Part shown: in pieces, positions 50,801 to 54,233 of the stretch
Layout of the letters: every line of letters starts with the position of its first letter
Position numbering within the stretch: position 1 is the first letter of the stretch
Source: Reclinomonas americana ATCC 50394
Taxonomy: Eukaryota
DNA: 54,233 nucleotides
Assembly: GCA_048213135.1 (NCBI GenBank)
Contig: PS015119.1
Span: 247,084 to 301,316, forward strand
Direction of reading: 5' to 3'
The notes under the pieces: model-generated
Seen by the model: only the letters and a program-made list of their open reading frames with translations
Told to the model about the DNA's origin: nothing
Databases searched by the model: none
Made by a program: the position numbers and the translations under genes

Positions 50801-53800
50801 GCCGAGGCCTTGCCTTTCAAGAGACTACCGTCGAGCTCCTCGTGCTGCAATCACATACAATGAGTCGCGTCTCGCGTGGCACGTTACGAGGGGAAAACAC
50901 AATACGCACCGCCGCGAGCGTATCTTCCAGGATCGACTCTGTTGCGTGCACAAGTCGTCGCAAGAGGCAAGCTGATCACACAGTTGTCAGCACAGTGCGC
51001 ACACGTGCACACACACATATTTTAAGCAGCGAGTCACCTCGGAAAGCCGGCACATCCAGCAGAACCGAGTCGCGCACGAGGTGTTGCGCCACCGCCACAC
51101 ATTGCAGGCTCGCGTTCGACCCCGCGGCTTCGAATGCGTGAATCAGAAAGTCGGCCAAGTGGCCGCATGCTTCCTCTTTCAGATACCAGCTGCGCAGAGT
51201 GGATGAGCGCCCAATGCTTCAGTACACACAGAACAAGAAAGCGATATACACACCACAGCGTTGGTGAAAAGTGCGAGATGCAATGCCACAAGGCCGTACA
51301 AAAGACCGCCTCGTCAGTCACAACATCGACGCACTCGTCCCACGGTTCACTAGGAGTGGCGGGATGCAGTGACCAGTGAGTGCACGAGCATGGACTTGCG
51401 CGCAACAAGACAACAGAGGGGATTCGCTCACCTGGCAAGAATGTCGCTCAAAGTTGTCTGCGCCACCACCACAAGAAGCATCAGCAAGAGAGAACAGACG
51501 CGCGACGGAAACGTGTGGAGAGAGACGCAACTCGCTGCTTGACATACTTCCACACAATGCTGAGCAGCTTATTGATCTCCTTGGTGGACGCCGACGACGA
51601 GAAACCAATCGACTCCCACTGAGCCATGGAATCTGGAGCGCGGCAAAGCGAGTCAGTGAACGGACCAAGCTGCCTCAGGAACCACCTCATACAACCCTTA
51701 CCGTCAAACTGCGCCGAAAAGGTCGCGTGTTCCGCATTGCAGTGCAGCATGTGAATACGCTGGAGGCATATACGACACTGCACAAAACAAACAAATACGC
51801 AAGAGAGGTGACACGTGAGTATATCACAGAAGGCGACATACGCTTGACGGAAGACTACTGCCGTCGCACCAGTGCAAGCTGGGCACGGTAGTCGTCGCGG
51901 ACGGCGGCAATCTTACGCAGGCGACGCAAGTACGCGACCAGGCTTTCGCCTGGCACGACTCTGTCGACCAACTCCGACACTCTGTCGGGCGGGAAGCCGG
52001 CGTGATTGCGAAGTGTGAGACGCGTCTCCTGACACACTGCGGCACAGTCGATGCCAGCATACATGGCCTCCAGCAACGCAGCGTACACGTATCCGGCGCT
52101 GACCAGACAAAGAAAATAAACACGCCACGTAAGAAATGGACAAGAGGTGAAGGATCGTCGAGATCATGATCACACAGACCACGACTCTTCGACACTCGAT
52201 GCCACCTGGTCCAGCCCAATCAGTGCGGGTCTCAGGAACTGTGCTCCCATCACCAGTTAGCACAACGCACAGTGGCAAGAGCCACCACAGAAGCACTCAG
52301 CACGCACCTCCATGAGGAACATGTTGCAGCACTCGGCGGCCGCATCGACATTCGACTCGTCGACACGAACAGCGAAAAAGAGCGACTGCGCCAGTGCCAC
52401 TGCGCCGTTGACAACAATAGCCCGCGACTGACTGGTCGCATCTGCTCAACTCAGCTCGTTAGGGTCGACCACCACGTGACGACCGATCAGGAGATAAACA
52501 AACCACGACCGAACGGATCCACCAGGAACGGCAGCACCGTGTCCTGCAGCAGCTGCACGAGACGCCAGCTGAATGGAATCACTTGACCCGACGGCAGCGC
52601 ATCAACGGCCGACAACAATCTGCGTGTAGCACGATCAGCAAATATCATACAAAAACATGAAAGCGTGCATCGCATCGACGCACGTTTGTTGCACTTGCTT
52701 GTGGCGCAGCAGCACCGACAGACCGGCAGGTCGCTTCCCTCGACCAACAAAGGCCGCCAGATTCGCCAGCATGGTCTCACACAGCACATCGAGCTGGCGC
52801 AGCTTGTTGTACACTTGCAGACATGTCACCATAAAGTCGGCGGCACCCTGCAGCACGTGCTCAAGCGCAAAGATGCGCTCCAGCAGCGCATCCATGAACG
52901 GCTGCACCAGTCGGTGACTGAGATTGAGCAACCAGCGCGCCACGCGGAAAACAGCGTCGTGTTGCTGCGCAGAAGCATCGCATCACATAATGTCAGCTGC
53001 AGTGAAAAACAGGAGGCGAGGGAGAGGAGAGCGGCGCAACAATGGGCGAGGCAACGCAGGTGGACAAGCAGAGTGCCAGTCGGTTCCGCGCCAGCTCGTG
53101 CTTGGCGTCGGTTCGTGTGTCACGGTACACGTCGAAACGGTGCATCACCTCGAGCAGCGCGGCAAGAGCGCCAGCTCCACTTGCGACCTTGTCCTCATCT
53201 GCAGCACAGCAGTGAGTCGCAGCACAGCGAGATGAGGGTGAGAGCAGTGGCAAGCCCGGCGTACCATGGATGCGAATCATGTCGATCAGTGGCAGAGAGA
53301 GTTCGTGAAAGAACGCAAACATTTCGTAGTGCTGATCCCCTGAAGTGCTCACAGCGCCCAGCGGTCGCTTCCGACTACCGCTTGCAGTAGCCGGCGGTGG
53401 CTCTGCAGCTAAATCAGCAGAGGCCGACGCACTGCCACCGAGACTCCGGCCTGGTGTCAGGGCTTGTCGCTGAACGGCCTCACAGTACCAGGTCAACAGC
53501 GCCGGCATCACCGCCAGGGCGGCGGCTGTATGTGGGAGGAAACTTAGCAGCGGCACGAGAACAGAAATGTGACGTCATCCGCACCTTGTCGCTGGTCGCC
53601 GGCAGCACACATGGCAAACAACCGCACAAACAGCTGACTCTGGAAGCTGGCAAGCGACTGACCCTTGTACTGCACCACAGTACCCGTTTTGGCGCCCTTG
53701 CCCTTTTTCCTGCACAACAGGAATCAGCCTCTGGAACCACTCGGGAAAAGCACGCACGCCGCACGCAACTTGGGTGGCTCGCCGACGGTTTCCGCAGCCG

Positions 53801-54233
53801 CTGCGGAATCGCCGGCACTCGCGGCCGCCGCAACATCTGCACCCTCCCCTCGCAGGTGCGTGTAGGCCATGTTGAAGTCGGCCAGCACCGTCGGATGGAA
53901 GAGCGCCTGCTGCAGGAGCGACTCCACAGCCGTGCGCACCGACACCAGCTGCAGCGACTCGTTGCCCGTCAGCTGCATTTTCCTGTCGGTGAGCGAACGG
54001 CGAAGAGACGCTACTCCAAAGAAGGGGCACACTCACCGCCGAGTGCGCCAATGCATGTCGCAGGAGACACACAGGCTCCAGCAAGTCACGCGTGAACTGC
54101 TCAAACACCTTGCGCCTGTTCGACTGCTGCTGCAACGCCGCAAACAGCACATCAAACACCACTTGACTCCACGGCAGCAGCGCCTCCACCAGATCATCAT
54201 GCGCACGCTGCCGATGAAGCACGCGCAACCAGA
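47826..54233 (-). CDS. URB2: URB2/Npa2 nucleolar pre-ribosome-associated protein (5' end beyond the window)
   Basis: Long multi-exon helical protein ending GTYALMDVSDESGLQQLHLMLSPLGRDIFRNLHSQYQQRHRY, matching the recalled Urb2 C-terminal domain. Confidence 0.75.

Noticed and set aside
1-54233. Stop-codon reassignment or pseudogenes suggested by fragmented ORFs
   Set aside because: In the junctions I traced, in-frame stops fall inside short spliceosomal introns, and TAA, TAG and TGA all serve as real stops.
46586-54233. Ribosome-biogenesis cluster (EMG1 convergent with URB2)
   Set aside because: Only two genes, tail-to-tail and acting on different subunits; chance adjacency is plausible without synteny data.

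Overview
This is a gene-dense, intron-rich eukaryotic (protist-like) draft-assembly window with several N-gaps; it is not prokaryotic. Manual splicing gives about 15 protein genes, in order: SMCHD1-like GHKL ATPase (partial), a giant (~15 kb) Pmp-repeat multi-pass membrane protein, a vanin-type nitrilase, TFIIF-beta, KNL1/Spc7, MIC19-like twin-CX9C protein, PGM3, GH125 mannosidase, a Deg/HtrA protease, TTLL4-like glutamylase (partial), COX7C, ATAT1, PEX16, EMG1 and URB2 (partial). Most listed six-frame ORFs are exon/intron chimeras. Two signals stand out. (1) An apparently non-coding, five-exon host transcript (~34.0-35.3 kb, minus strand) carries one box C/D snoRNA in each of its four introns; two have recognisable LSU rRNA guides. 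(2) An abundant second class of 5' splice sites, GTTGCG (~25 candidates, almost all lacking G at exon -1), looks like a one-nucleotide shifted version of the usual GTGCG donor. Divergent start codons are only 54-69 nt apart. All gene identities come from recalled family motifs, not database searches.
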